Below are positions 17,878 to 26,553 of a stretch of 62,693 nucleotides of DNA, in pieces. The stretch's first letter is position 1. Every line of letters starts with the position of its first letter. A program made the translations under genes and the position numbers. Origin of the DNA: a bacterium (GTDB lineage Bacteria; Bacillota; Limnochordia; DTU080; RSA5); contig PKEU01000188.1 in the NCBI GenBank assembly GCA_002919195.1, positions 1 to 62,693 of the forward strand, written 5' to 3'. The notes under the pieces are model-generated. The model saw nothing but the letters and a program-made list of their open reading frames with translations, had not been told where the DNA came from and did no database searches.

Positions 17878-18765
17878 TCAATGGTAACTGTGCTCGTCAG
17901 TGGGAAACAGGCCTTCCCGTACCTCGCGGCAGTACGCCTCGATGGCCCGGCGGGCTTCTTTAGCGAGCTCCGCGTAGCGCTTGACAAACTTAGGCTGGAA
18001 GTCTTCGACCAACCCCAAAAGATCGTGCACGACCAGCACCTGGCCGTCGCAATGGGGCCCCGCGCCGATGCCGATGGTCGGCACGCTGACGGTTTCGGTG
18101 ATCACACGCGCGAGATCCGCCGGTATGCCCTCCAGCACAATCGAAAAGACGCCGGCTTCCTCCAGCGCCCGGGCGTCTTCGACCAGCGCCCGCCTCTGGG
18201 CTTCTTCGCGCCCTTGTACCTTAAACCCGCCGTACTGGAGCACCGATTGAGGGGTCAGGCCCAAATGGCCCATGACGGGAATGCCCGCTTGGGTCAACTG
18301 GCGCACCGTCTCCGCGATCCTGATGCCGCCCTCGAGCTTGACCGCCTCGGCCCCCGCCTCTTTGAGAAAGCGGGCCGCGTTGTTGACCGCCTCAGCCGGA
18401 CTTCCTTGAAAGCTGCCGAAAGGCATGTCAGCCACCAAAAGCGCCCGCTTCACGCCCCGGCGGACCGCCCGCGTGTGGTGCAGCATCTCGTCCACGGTGA
18501 CGGGAAGCGTCGTCTCGTGCCCGAGCACGACCATCGCCAGGGAGTCGCCCACCAGCGCAATGTCAGCCCCGGCCTCATCGACCAGCCGGCCGGTGACGTA
18601 GTCGTAGGCTGTCACCATGGCGATCCGCCGCCCTTGGGCTTTCATGGCCCGGACGGCCGGAACCGTCACCTTGGCTTCCCTCTCCTTTGGCTCTGCCGCG
18701 CTCTTCGCCTTTTCTGCGTTTTTCGCTTGCCCTGCACCAGAAGGATGAGAGGACATCGCCTTCAC
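17878..18765 (-). CDS. panB: 3-methyl-2-oxobutanoate hydroxymethyltransferase
   Basis: IAMVTAYDY...LVGDSLAMVVLGH...VKLEGG...GHLGLTPQS motifs. A Lys/Ala-rich N-terminal extension is present. The ATG overlaps the upstream stop. Confidence 0.9.
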   Translation of the reverse strand: MKAMSSHPSGAGQAKNAEKAKSAAEPKEREAKVTVPAVRAMKAQGRRIAMVTAYDYVTGRLVDEAGADIALVGDSLAMVVLGHETTLPVTVDEMLHHTRAVRRGVKRALLVADMPFGSFQGSPAEAVNNAARFLKEAGAEAVKLEGGIRIAETVRQLTQAGIPVMGHLGLTPQSVLQYGGFKVQGREEAQRRALVEDARALEEAGVFSIVLEGIPADLARVITETVSVPTIGIGAGPHCDGQVLVVHDLLGLVEDFQPKFVKRYAELAKEARRAIEAYCREVREGLFPTDEHSYH

Positions 18766-19664
18766 TCCTTTTCAACTTGAAGCCCCATGAGAAGATCGCG
18801 GATCGCCCGGTGGCGCTCCGTCAAACCGCCGGGCTTTTGCGCCGCGACGTGGAGCGTCTCCAAACCCAGCGTGCGGTAGAGAGCTTTGAGCCGCCCCCTC
18901 ACCTTTTCCTCGCCAATCCTTCCTAGCGCTTTAAGATGCCGGCGGATCGTCTCGACGTCGCCCCGCTCGATGGGCCCGGTGAGCGCTCCGGGGATGCCAA
19001 GGCGCTCGAGGTTGTCGATCGTCCCTTGGAGCAGCCCGCCCACCGCTTTGAGGGCTTCGCGTTTGGGAATCCCGGCGAGCTCAAAGAGCTCGAGGCTGGC
19101 CTCGACCAGCGCGACCAGGTAGTTGCTCGCAACGCACGACGCGGCGTGGTAGAGCGCCTTTTGCCCCGGCTTAATGACCAGAGCGACGCCCCCCATCGCC
19201 GCGACCAATTCCCGGCCCCGCGCGATCGCCTCAGGCTCCCCTTCGAGGCCAAAGGCCGACCCCGCGAGCTGCTCGGCGCTTCCCGGGTGGGCGATGGTCT
19301 GAATCGGGTGCAGCGATAGCAGGAGCGCCCGCTCGGTGCCCGGAGCCCGGAGGGCGTCCGCCGGCAGGGCGCCACTGGTGTGGATCAAGAGATGGGCCGG
19401 GCCAAAATCCAGGCCGGCTCCCAGCACCGCCGCCATGTCATGGATGGCGCCGTCAGGGACGGTAATCAAGATGATCTCCGCTCCCCGGGCGCCTTCCACA
19501 GGATCGGTGGTGGGCGTCCCCGCCCCGATCAGGCGCACAGCCTCCTCGGCCTTTTCATGGGTGCGCCTCACAACGCCGCGAATCGGATGCCCCCGCCGGT
19601 GAAGGAGGGCGCCGATCGCCGTGCCGACTCGCCCGGCGCCGATGATCGCTACGGGCGGGTACAT
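18762..19664 (-). CDS. Rossmann-fold NAD(P)-binding protein with a DUF2520-type C-terminal domain; candidate ketopantoate reductase
   Basis: The VAIIGAGRVGTAIG dinucleotide-binding motif and a C-terminal helical domain fit the Rossmann+DUF2520 architecture. It is the first gene of the pan operon and is translationally coupled to panB. Confidence 0.6.
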   Translation of the reverse strand: MYPPVAIIGAGRVGTAIGALLHRRGHPIRGVVRRTHEKAEEAVRLIGAGTPTTDPVEGARGAEIILITVPDGAIHDMAAVLGAGLDFGPAHLLIHTSGALPADALRAPGTERALLLSLHPIQTIAHPGSAEQLAGSAFGLEGEPEAIARGRELVAAMGGVALVIKPGQKALYHAASCVASNYLVALVEASLELFELAGIPKREALKAVGGLLQGTIDNLERLGIPGALTGPIERGDVETIRRHLKALGRIGEEKVRGRLKALYRTLGLETLHVAAQKPGGLTERHRAIRDLLMGLQVEKE

Positions 19665-19708
19665 GGGTCGAACCCTCTTTCCGCTGGCAAAATCGACCTT
19701 CCGTGCCC

Positions 19709-19717
19709 ATTATAACA
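19709..19717 (-). promoter_or_regulatory. Candidate extended -10 promoter (TGtTATAAT) of the pan operon
   Basis: The minus strand reads gtgTGtTATAATggg about 45 nt upstream of the ATG at 19664, with an AAGAGGG SD in between. Confidence 0.5.
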
Positions 19718-19737
19718 CACGGATAACCCATGGAATT

Positions 19738-20631
19738 TTACTCAAAATGCTCTTTAACCCCCGCCTCCTCAATGAGCCGCCACAGCCCGTCGAGGCAAAG
19801 GCGCGTCGCCTGCTCCCGGCTCATGTCCTTGGGCCGCCAGTGGGTCTCCATGGAGACCGCGCCCGCATAACCGTCCCGGACCAGCGCCTCCAGCTGCCCG
19901 CGGTAGTCGATCTCGCCTTTCCCAAACTCGGTAAAGACCACGCCTTCGCCGGTGGTGACGGGATCTTTCAAGTGCACATGGAAGATGCGCTCGACGCCCA
20001 CCTCTTCCTTGATCCGCTCGTACCCTCCGGGGAAGACCTGGCTGGCGGGCTCCAAGTGGGCCGCGTTGCCCGGGTCCCAGATCAAGCCGAAGGAAGGCGA
20101 CTGGATCCGCTTCAAAATTTCAATGGACTCGCCCGCGGTCCCGATAAAGCAAGCGTGCTCGTTTTCGAGCACCAGCTTGAGGCCCCGGGCCTCGGTGCGC
20201 CGGAGCGCCTCCCGGAGGTGTTTTTCGATCTCGTCGTAGATTTCGGGCGTCGGATCGCCCGCCCGCCAAAAGGCGAAGGTGCGGACTAGGTCGGTGCCAA
20301 AGGCTTCGGCCATCTCAAAGGTCCGCTCGAGGATGGCGAGGTGCTCTTGGATCGACGCGTCTTCGGCGTGGCCAAAGGTGTCGCCGCCCCCGCCCCGGAG
20401 CTGTTCGCTCAAATGGCACTTAAAGACGGGCCCGGCGATGGCGACGACCCGCATGCCGCGCTGGTCCAAAAGCTCCTTGGCCCGGGCCACCTGCTCGGGC
20501 GTAAGATCGGCCACGTTGGTGTCCCACAGAGCCCGCAGTTCGACGTGGCGCACCCGGTGCTCGAGGGCGACGTCGAGCGCGCGCTCAAAATCCTGCCCGA
20601 TCTCGTCCGTGATGACGCTGACTTTAATCAA
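19738..20631 (-). CDS. Sugar phosphate isomerase/epimerase (xylose isomerase-like TIM barrel)
   Basis: IKVSVITDEIGQDFERALDVALEH...HVELR...VLENEH...IWDPGN...HVHLKD pattern of the AP_endonuc_2 fold. A TTG start at 20631 follows AAAGGAGAA. Confidence 0.7.
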   Translation of the reverse strand: MIKVSVITDEIGQDFERALDVALEHRVRHVELRALWDTNVADLTPEQVARAKELLDQRGMRVVAIAGPVFKCHLSEQLRGGGGDTFGHAEDASIQEHLAILERTFEMAEAFGTDLVRTFAFWRAGDPTPEIYDEIEKHLREALRRTEARGLKLVLENEHACFIGTAGESIEILKRIQSPSFGLIWDPGNAAHLEPASQVFPGGYERIKEEVGVERIFHVHLKDPVTTGEGVVFTEFGKGEIDYRGQLEALVRDGYAGAVSMETHWRPKDMSREQATRLCLDGLWRLIEEAGVKEHFE

Positions 20632-23182
20632 ACGCCATTCTCCTTTCCCTTGCTTGAGGCTTGCTCCAGCGCTGATCCGAAAGAGCATCGGCGCGGCTTA
20701 GAAAACGCGCATCCGGGGCGCTCCCCAAAAGCGCGGCGAGCCGCTCGGCAAGGCGCGTGTAGCGCGCCTCGGCCTTGACGTTGCGGACATACGCCCACAG
20801 GGCGTCCTCCCGCCCCACGAGCACCACCAGCCGCTTGGCCCGTGTGATGGCCGTGTAAAGGAGGTTGCGGTGCATCAGCGCGGGCATCACCCAGGTGACA
20901 GGCATCACCACCGCGGGGTACTCGCTTCCCTGGCTCTTGTGCACGCTGATGCAGTAGGCCAGGGTCAGCTGGCGCAGATCCGCGCTCTCATACACCACCG
21001 GCTCCGGATCGTCCCGGTCTGCGTAATGCACTTCCACCACGCGTTCTGCGGGGTCGACCGCCGTGACGACGCCGATGTCGCCGTTAAACACCATCTTGTC
21101 GTAGTTGTTTTTCACCTGCATCACGCGGTCTCCTGGGCGGAGCGTTTCGTCCCCCACCCGCACCTCGGGAGCCCCGGGCCGCGGCGGGTTGAGCGCCTCC
21201 TGCAAGATCTGGTTGAGGCTCGCGACGCCCAACGGACCCCGGCGCACCGCCGCCAGCGCCTGGACACCCATCTTGGGATCGCAGGAAAGGTAGTTGGGCA
21301 GCCGCCTGGCGACGAGGTCGCGGATGAGTTCCCTCGCCTTTTCGGGATCGCTCTCAGGGAGAAAGAAGAAGTCGCTCCCCTCCCCGCCCGAGAGGGGTTT
21401 CTGGCCCCTTAAGATCCGGTGGGCGTTGACGACGATGCGGCTGGTCTCCGCCTGGCGAAAGACCTGGGAGAGGCGGATGGAGGGCACTCCCGGCGTCGAA
21501 AGGAGGTCGCGGAGGACGTTGCCCGGTCCCACCGAGGGGAGCTGGTCCGCGTCGCCCACCAAGATGAGTTTCGCCTTTTGGGGAAGCGCCCGCAGAAGGT
21601 AATAGGCAAGCGGCAAGTCGATCATCGACGCCTCGTCGACGATGACCACGTCGGCGTCCAGGGGTTGACGCTCGTTGCGCTGGAAGCGGGGGACGCCGTC
21701 GGACCCTCCTGTATACTCCAGCAGCCGGTGCAGCGTGCGCGCCTCGCGGCCCGTCGCTTCTTGAAGCCTTTTGGCCGCCCGTCCCGTGGGCGCGGCGAGG
21801 TAGTAGGCGCGGCCCTGGCTTTCCAAGGCGGCGACGATGGCCCGGAGGGTGGTGGTCTTCCCCGTTCCCGGCCCGCCGGTGATGACGAGAAGCCCCGGCC
21901 CCGGCTCGGTCGCCTTGCGGACAGCCTCCCGCTGTTCGGCGGTGAGGGTGCCGGCGGGGGAGCGAGCCGTGGTGTGAGGGCTGCTGGGAGCATGGGCTGC
22001 CGCGGCGAGGCTTCCGGGAGGTTCTGACGCTTTTTCGTGCGGCTCAACCGCCCCGTACTCCAGAGGAAGGCGCGCGTCGTAGCACAACTCGGCGAAACGG
22101 CGGGCCGCCTCCACCTCCGCCCGGTGCATCGCCGCAGGGTAGACGCGCCCCTCCCGTTCCTGGGGCTCGGCGCCCTCGCCGGGAGCTTGGCCGTCCACGC
22201 GCTGCTCCCCCAGCGATTGCCCCGAAAGCTCGCGCCCCTGCGCCCGAGCGCTCGCGCCAGGGCCGCCAGACCCTGGGAGAGCGCCAGCTTGCTCCCCGGC
22301 CTCCCAGACCAGCGCACCTCGAGCGGCAAGCTCTTTCAAAGCTTTTTCCGCCGCGGCGTTGGGAATCCCCATCTTTTCGGCTTGGGCCATCAACCGCTCC
22401 TTTGGCAGGTACACGTGCCCCTCGGCTCCCGCCTGGCCCAAAAGGTACACCAACGCCGCCTGGGCCCGGATGGGCGCGTCGGGACCGACGCCCATCTCTT
22501 GGGCGATGGCGTCCGCCGTCTTAAAACCGATGCCAAAGATCTCGTCGGCCAGGCGGTAGGGGTTTTCCCGCACCGTCGCGATGGTGTCGGGCCCGTAGCG
22601 CCGGTAGATCTTGTTGGCGATGCCCGGCGTGATGCCGTAGCTTTGGAGAAAGACCAGCGCCTCCCGGGCCTCCCGCTCCTCCTGCAAGGCCTTGGCGATG
22701 GCCTTTTTCTTTTGCGCGCCGATCCCCTCAACCTCCAGGAGGCGGTGGGGCTCCTTTTCAATCACTTCCAGCGTACGCTCGCCAAACTTGGCCACGAGCC
22801 TTTGGGCGAGCTTGGGCCCGATCCCTTTCGCCGCCCCCGAGGCGAGGTACCGCTCGATCCCCTTGGCCGTTACCGGCGGGGCCTTGCGGAAGCCGGTGAC
22901 GCGAAACTGCCGGCCAAACTCGCTGTGCACATACCACTCGCCCTCGACCTCCAGCCACTCGCCGGGCACCAGCGAAGGAAACCGGCCGACGATGGTCACC
23001 TCGACGGCACGGCTTGTACCTTCGCCCGAGGGCATGTCCACCTCGAGCTTGGCTACGGTGTAGTGGGTGGCTTCGTCGCGGTATGTAATTCGGCTGACAT
23101 CGCCCCGCAAGATGGCCACGCCGCACGTCCCTTTCCCAATCTTCGCTCCACACTTCGACGAAGCAGGGCGTCCTCCTGGCAT
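20624..23182 (-). CDS. recD2: RecD2-type SF1B ATP-dependent DNA helicase with low-complexity insertions
   Basis: N-terminal OB/HhH modules (VEGIGAQKKKAIAKAL), Walker A ITGGPGTGKTT, VIVDEASMID, LVGDADQLPSVGPG, and C-terminal AYCISVHKSQGSEY...LLYTAITRAK. An alternative GTG start lies at 23119. Confidence 0.85.
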   Translation of the reverse strand: MPGGRPASSKCGAKIGKGTCGVAILRGDVSRITYRDEATHYTVAKLEVDMPSGEGTSRAVEVTIVGRFPSLVPGEWLEVEGEWYVHSEFGRQFRVTGFRKAPPVTAKGIERYLASGAAKGIGPKLAQRLVAKFGERTLEVIEKEPHRLLEVEGIGAQKKKAIAKALQEEREAREALVFLQSYGITPGIANKIYRRYGPDTIATVRENPYRLADEIFGIGFKTADAIAQEMGVGPDAPIRAQAALVYLLGQAGAEGHVYLPKERLMAQAEKMGIPNAAAEKALKELAARGALVWEAGEQAGALPGSGGPGASARAQGRELSGQSLGEQRVDGQAPGEGAEPQEREGRVYPAAMHRAEVEAARRFAELCYDARLPLEYGAVEPHEKASEPPGSLAAAAHAPSSPHTTARSPAGTLTAEQREAVRKATEPGPGLLVITGGPGTGKTTTLRAIVAALESQGRAYYLAAPTGRAAKRLQEATGREARTLHRLLEYTGGSDGVPRFQRNERQPLDADVVIVDEASMIDLPLAYYLLRALPQKAKLILVGDADQLPSVGPGNVLRDLLSTPGVPSIRLSQVFRQAETSRIVVNAHRILRGQKPLSGGEGSDFFFLPESDPEKARELIRDLVARRLPNYLSCDPKMGVQALAAVRRGPLGVASLNQILQEALNPPRPGAPEVRVGDETLRPGDRVMQVKNNYDKMVFNGDIGVVTAVDPAERVVEVHYADRDDPEPVVYESADLRQLTLAYCISVHKSQGSEYPAVVMPVTWVMPALMHRNLLYTAITRAKRLVVLVGREDALWAYVRNVKAEARYTRLAERLAALLGSAPDARFLSRADALSDQRWSKPQARERRMAFD

Positions 23183-23421
23183 CTCACCCTCTTAGCCTGC
23201 TCCTCGCCCAGCTCGGAGCCTTCTTCCGCCTCCCCGGAGTGCTTCGCCCGAAAGCCGCGATCTCTTGTGCGGGCCGCCGCTTGCGACCGCTGCCGCCGGC
23301 CGCCATGCTGGGTCGCTCTCGCGGGCCGCCGGTTTGGGCCAGCGCTCCTCGAACGCCCGCGCCAGGGCACGCGAGTTGAAAGCGCGCCGGCCTGGACACG
23401 GCGGACGCGAACCAAGCCCTA

Positions 23422-23676
23422 CTAGCCGTCGCCATTGATCTTTTCCAGGGGCACAAGACCCAGCCGCAAAGCGGTGATCGCGACCTGGGTGCGGTCATCC
23501 ATGCCCATTTTTCGATATATATTACTGACGTGATTTTTCACCGTATGGGGGCTGATAAACAGGGTACGAGCGATCTCGTCGTTGCTAAACCCTTTCGCGA
23601 TCAATTTCAAAACGTCGAGCTCCCTCGCCGACAGCTCTTCCAGCAATCTTTTCTTTCTCTCCAAAGAATGCTCCAT
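23422..23676 (-). CDS. Stand-alone LuxR/GerE-family HTH protein
   Basis: LSARELDVLKLIAKGFSNDEIARTLFISPHTVKNHVSNIYRKMGMDDRTQVAITALRLGLV with no receiver domain. Start taken at Met11, after GGGGGT. Confidence 0.8.
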   Translation of the reverse strand: MEHSLERKKRLLEELSARELDVLKLIAKGFSNDEIARTLFISPHTVKNHVSNIYRKMGMDDRTQVAITALRLGLVPLEKINGDG

Positions 23677-23780
23677 GTGGCGTACCCCCGAGGCCGAAGG
23701 TATCACTTGTTCTCGCTCATACTATTCGGGGGTGGAGCAGGCGTGACTGAGAGCTGGGGGCCAATGTGAGCGGGGAGCTG

Positions 23781-24488
23781 CTAGTTTACCCGCACCAGGC
23801 CGTGCCGGATGGCAAAGACCGCGGCTTGAGTACGGTCGGAAAGGTCCAGCTTTCTTAGGATGTTGGTCACGTGGTTTTTCACGGTCTTTTCGGAGATAAA
23901 AAGCGTCTGGGCGATCTCTTTGTTGGTGTGGCCCTCGACGATCTGCTGCAAGATCTCAAGCTCCCGTTCGGTGAGGGGCTCGCGGAGAGCTGAGGGCCGG
24001 TTATTCCTGGAGGAAATCTTGGCGGGCGGAGGATCGGTGCTGCGACGGGAATGGCGGTGCAGCTGCTTGAGGACTTTGGTCACCAGGTTGGAGGGGATGA
24101 ACGCTTCGCCTCTATGGACGCAGCGGATCGCCTCGACCAGCCGGGAGGGATCCACGTCCTTGAGGAGGTATCCCTTGGCGCCAGCGTGAACCAGCTCCAC
24201 AATGTACTCCTCGTCGTCGTGAATGGTGAGCACGATCACCGCCACTTCGGGAAGCGACCCGCAAATCTGGCGCGTGGCAGCTAGCCCGCCGCCACCCGGC
24301 ATGTTGATATCCATCAATACGATGTCGGGGCGAAGCGCGCGGGCCTTTTCCACCACGTCGTGGCCGTCGACCGCCTCGCCGACGACGGCGATGTCATCTT
24401 CCAGTTCGAGAATCTTGCGCAAACCCTCCCTGAGCAGCGCATGATCGTCTGCGATGAGCACACGGATGGGCTCTGCCAATCGTCCCAC
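23781..24488 (-). CDS. degU: NarL/FixJ-family response regulator, DegU-like
   Basis: Receiver domain IRVLIADDHALLREG...PDIVLMDINMPG plus LuxR HTH LTERELEILQQIVEGHTNKEIAQTLFISEKTVKNHVTNILRKL. It lies immediately downstream of the DegS-like kinase. Confidence 0.8.
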   Translation of the reverse strand: MGRLAEPIRVLIADDHALLREGLRKILELEDDIAVVGEAVDGHDVVEKARALRPDIVLMDINMPGGGGLAATRQICGSLPEVAVIVLTIHDDEEYIVELVHAGAKGYLLKDVDPSRLVEAIRCVHRGEAFIPSNLVTKVLKQLHRHSRRSTDPPPAKISSRNNRPSALREPLTERELEILQQIVEGHTNKEIAQTLFISEKTVKNHVTNILRKLDLSDRTQAAVFAIRHGLVRVN

Positions 24489-24529
24489 CTCCCACCGACG
24501 TCCGTCTCATGATCCCGCAGGTTGAAACC

Positions 24530-25723
24530 TCACGAAGCAGGGCTCGTCTCGTCCTCACGGCCTGTTTCATCGCCAAAGGGAACCCTGGCGACGATGCGGG
24601 TTCCCTGGCCTTGGGCGCTCGAGACGAAAAATTCCCCGTCTAAAAGCTCGATCCTTTCCTTCATGCTCATGAGGCCGAAGCTCTCCCGGTCCGCCCATTC
24701 GGCCTGCAGCGCTTGGACGTCAAAGCCGACCCCGTCGTCCTCGACAGTGACCACGAGGTAACGGTTGTCGACAAACTCCAGCGTCACCTCGATGGAGCTG
24801 GCTTGCGCGTGCTTGCGGGCGTTGTTGACTGCCTCCTGCACCATGCGGTAGACAGCCACTTCCTGCATCGAGCCCAAGCGGACCTCGGGCCCCTTGACGG
24901 TGAGGCGGACAGGGGCCGCTTCCTGCTCCCGCAAGTTTTCCAGGTACCGGTTGAGCGTCGGCACAAGCCCTAGGTCGTCCAGGGCCATAGGCCGGAGGTT
25001 AAAAATGATCCGGCGCAGCTCCCGCAGGCTCTCAGTCACCGTGGTCTTGAGCTGCGACAGCTCTTGCTGCACCTCGGGACGGCCCGCCTCGAGGAGCCGT
25101 TCGCAGATCTCAGCCCTCAAGACCACGTTGGCCATGGCCTGGGCCGGGCCGTCGTGGATCTCGCGAGCGACGCGGCGGCGCTCCTCCTCTTGGGCGCGGA
25201 TGATCCGCTCGCCCATCTGCGAACGGGCTTTGATGCCCTCCCAGTGGTCGGCGATGCGTTCGATGTTGCCGTGGAGGTAATCCATCGCCACGCCCACCCG
25301 GGAGACCATCTGCTCCGCCTTTTCCATCAGCTTTTTGACGTTGAGGAGGCTCCGCTCCAGCTCGTTCCGCTTTTTTCGCAGGGCGCTCTCCCGTTCCCGC
25401 GCCACGCTCAGCTCGACCTGCAGCCGCTCCGCAGCTTCGTAAGCATCGCGGATCGCCCGCTCCGAGTAGCGGGAGAAATCCTGACTGACACTGGCCAAAT
25501 GCCGACGGGCTTTGCGGGCTTCCCGCTCCAGCCGGTCGACAGCCTCGATCGACGCCTGCACTTCGCGGCGAAGCTCCTGGACCGCGTGGCTCAGCCTTTG
25601 GTACTCGGCCCGGGCGGCTTCGGCGATTTCAAACATCTGCTCCCGCGCGTCTTTAAGAGCGCCTAGGGTCTCCTTCAAAATCTCGTCGATGGCGCTAGCA
25701 TTGAGGCGTCGTCTCTGCCGCAT
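24530..25723 (-). CDS. degS: Cytoplasmic sensor histidine kinase, DegS-like
   Basis: No TM segments. N-terminal coiled-coil DegS-type sensor (FEIAEAARAEYQRL...SRYSERAIRDAYEAAERLQVEL), H-box RRVAREIHDGPAQ, LRPMALDDLGLVPTL, and an HATPase C-terminus. This closely parallels B. subtilis DegS as I recall it. Start taken at Met18. Confidence 0.8.
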   Translation of the reverse strand: MRQRRRLNASAIDEILKETLGALKDAREQMFEIAEAARAEYQRLSHAVQELRREVQASIEAVDRLEREARKARRHLASVSQDFSRYSERAIRDAYEAAERLQVELSVARERESALRKKRNELERSLLNVKKLMEKAEQMVSRVGVAMDYLHGNIERIADHWEGIKARSQMGERIIRAQEEERRRVAREIHDGPAQAMANVVLRAEICERLLEAGRPEVQQELSQLKTTVTESLRELRRIIFNLRPMALDDLGLVPTLNRYLENLREQEAAPVRLTVKGPEVRLGSMQEVAVYRMVQEAVNNARKHAQASSIEVTLEFVDNRYLVVTVEDDGVGFDVQALQAEWADRESFGLMSMKERIELLDGEFFVSSAQGQGTRIVARVPFGDETGREDETSPAS

Positions 25724-25834
25724 CCGTGTCCGTTCCTCTTTCCGCCAATCCCTTGGGCCTAAGTGACAAACCACCTTTTAGCTTTCTGCGCCGAAGGCTT
25801 GAAATCCCTCCGGGAGCCTTTTCGAAATCTCCGG

Positions 25835-26527
25835 TCACTCCGCCAGGGCAAAGGCGTCCAACGCCTCCTGGTCGCGGATCACCAGATGCCGGCCCTCCAC
25901 CGTGAGGCAACCGGCGTCTTGAAACTCGGCCAAGATGCGGGTGATGGTCTCGCGGGCGGTCCCCACCAGGTTGGCGAGCTCCTGATGGGTCAGCTTAAGC
26001 TCGATGCGCACGCCCTGCGGGCTGCGGGTGCCGTGCCGCTCCGCGAGGTCAAAGAGGGTGCGGGCGACCCGGCTCTTCACATCGCGAAAGATCACATCCA
26101 TCACCTGGGCGTTGGCCTGGCGCAGCCGGCCGCACAGCACTTTGATGATGTGAATCGCCCGGGCGGGGTTGGCCGACAAAAAGGCGAGAAACTCCTTGCG
26201 GTGTAGCGAGAAAAGCGTCGTCGCCTCCAAGGTCTCGGCGATGGCCGAGCGGGGCTCTTCATCCAAGAGGGCCATCTCGCCAAAGATGTCGCCCGGCCCC
26301 AAGATGGCCAGGGTCTTTTCCCGGCCGTCTTCGGCCACCCGGTAGATCTTGACCATCCCCGACGCGACGATAAAGAGGGCGTCTCCCGGATCGCCCTCAA
26401 AAAAGATGACACTCCCCTTGCGGTGCCGTTTTTCAACCAGCATGGCCGCGAGCGCGGCGATGTGCTCGTCTTCGAGCCCCGCAAAGAGGGGCACTTCCCT
26501 GAGTAAGCTTTTACGTTCGATTGCCAA
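25835..26527 (-). CDS. Crp/Fnr family transcriptional regulator (cNMP-binding domain plus HTH)
   Basis: VIFFEGDPGDALFIVASGMVKIY...GDIFGEMALLD is the cNMP-binding fold. C-terminal HTH: LTHQELANLVGTARETITRIL. Confidence 0.85.
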   Translation of the reverse strand: MAIERKSLLREVPLFAGLEDEHIAALAAMLVEKRHRKGSVIFFEGDPGDALFIVASGMVKIYRVAEDGREKTLAILGPGDIFGEMALLDEEPRSAIAETLEATTLFSLHRKEFLAFLSANPARAIHIIKVLCGRLRQANAQVMDVIFRDVKSRVARTLFDLAERHGTRSPQGVRIELKLTHQELANLVGTARETITRILAEFQDAGCLTVEGRHLVIRDQEALDAFALAE

Positions 26528-26553
26528 GGGGCCCTTTGCCTCCTCCGACGCGC

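Noticed and set aside
17374-18780. 468-aa plus-strand ORF across panC/panB
   Set aside because: It is antisense to two unmistakable pantothenate genes and has a low-complexity Arg/Gly/Pro-rich translation.
20624-23182. RecD2-like helicase as part of a defence system
   Set aside because: It has the full housekeeping RecD2 architecture, and its neighbours are a sugar isomerase and regulators. No nuclease or sensor partner is present.
22037-23425. 462-aa plus-strand ORF
   Set aside because: It is antisense to recD2, which carries full helicase motifs. This is a typical high-GC shadow ORF.
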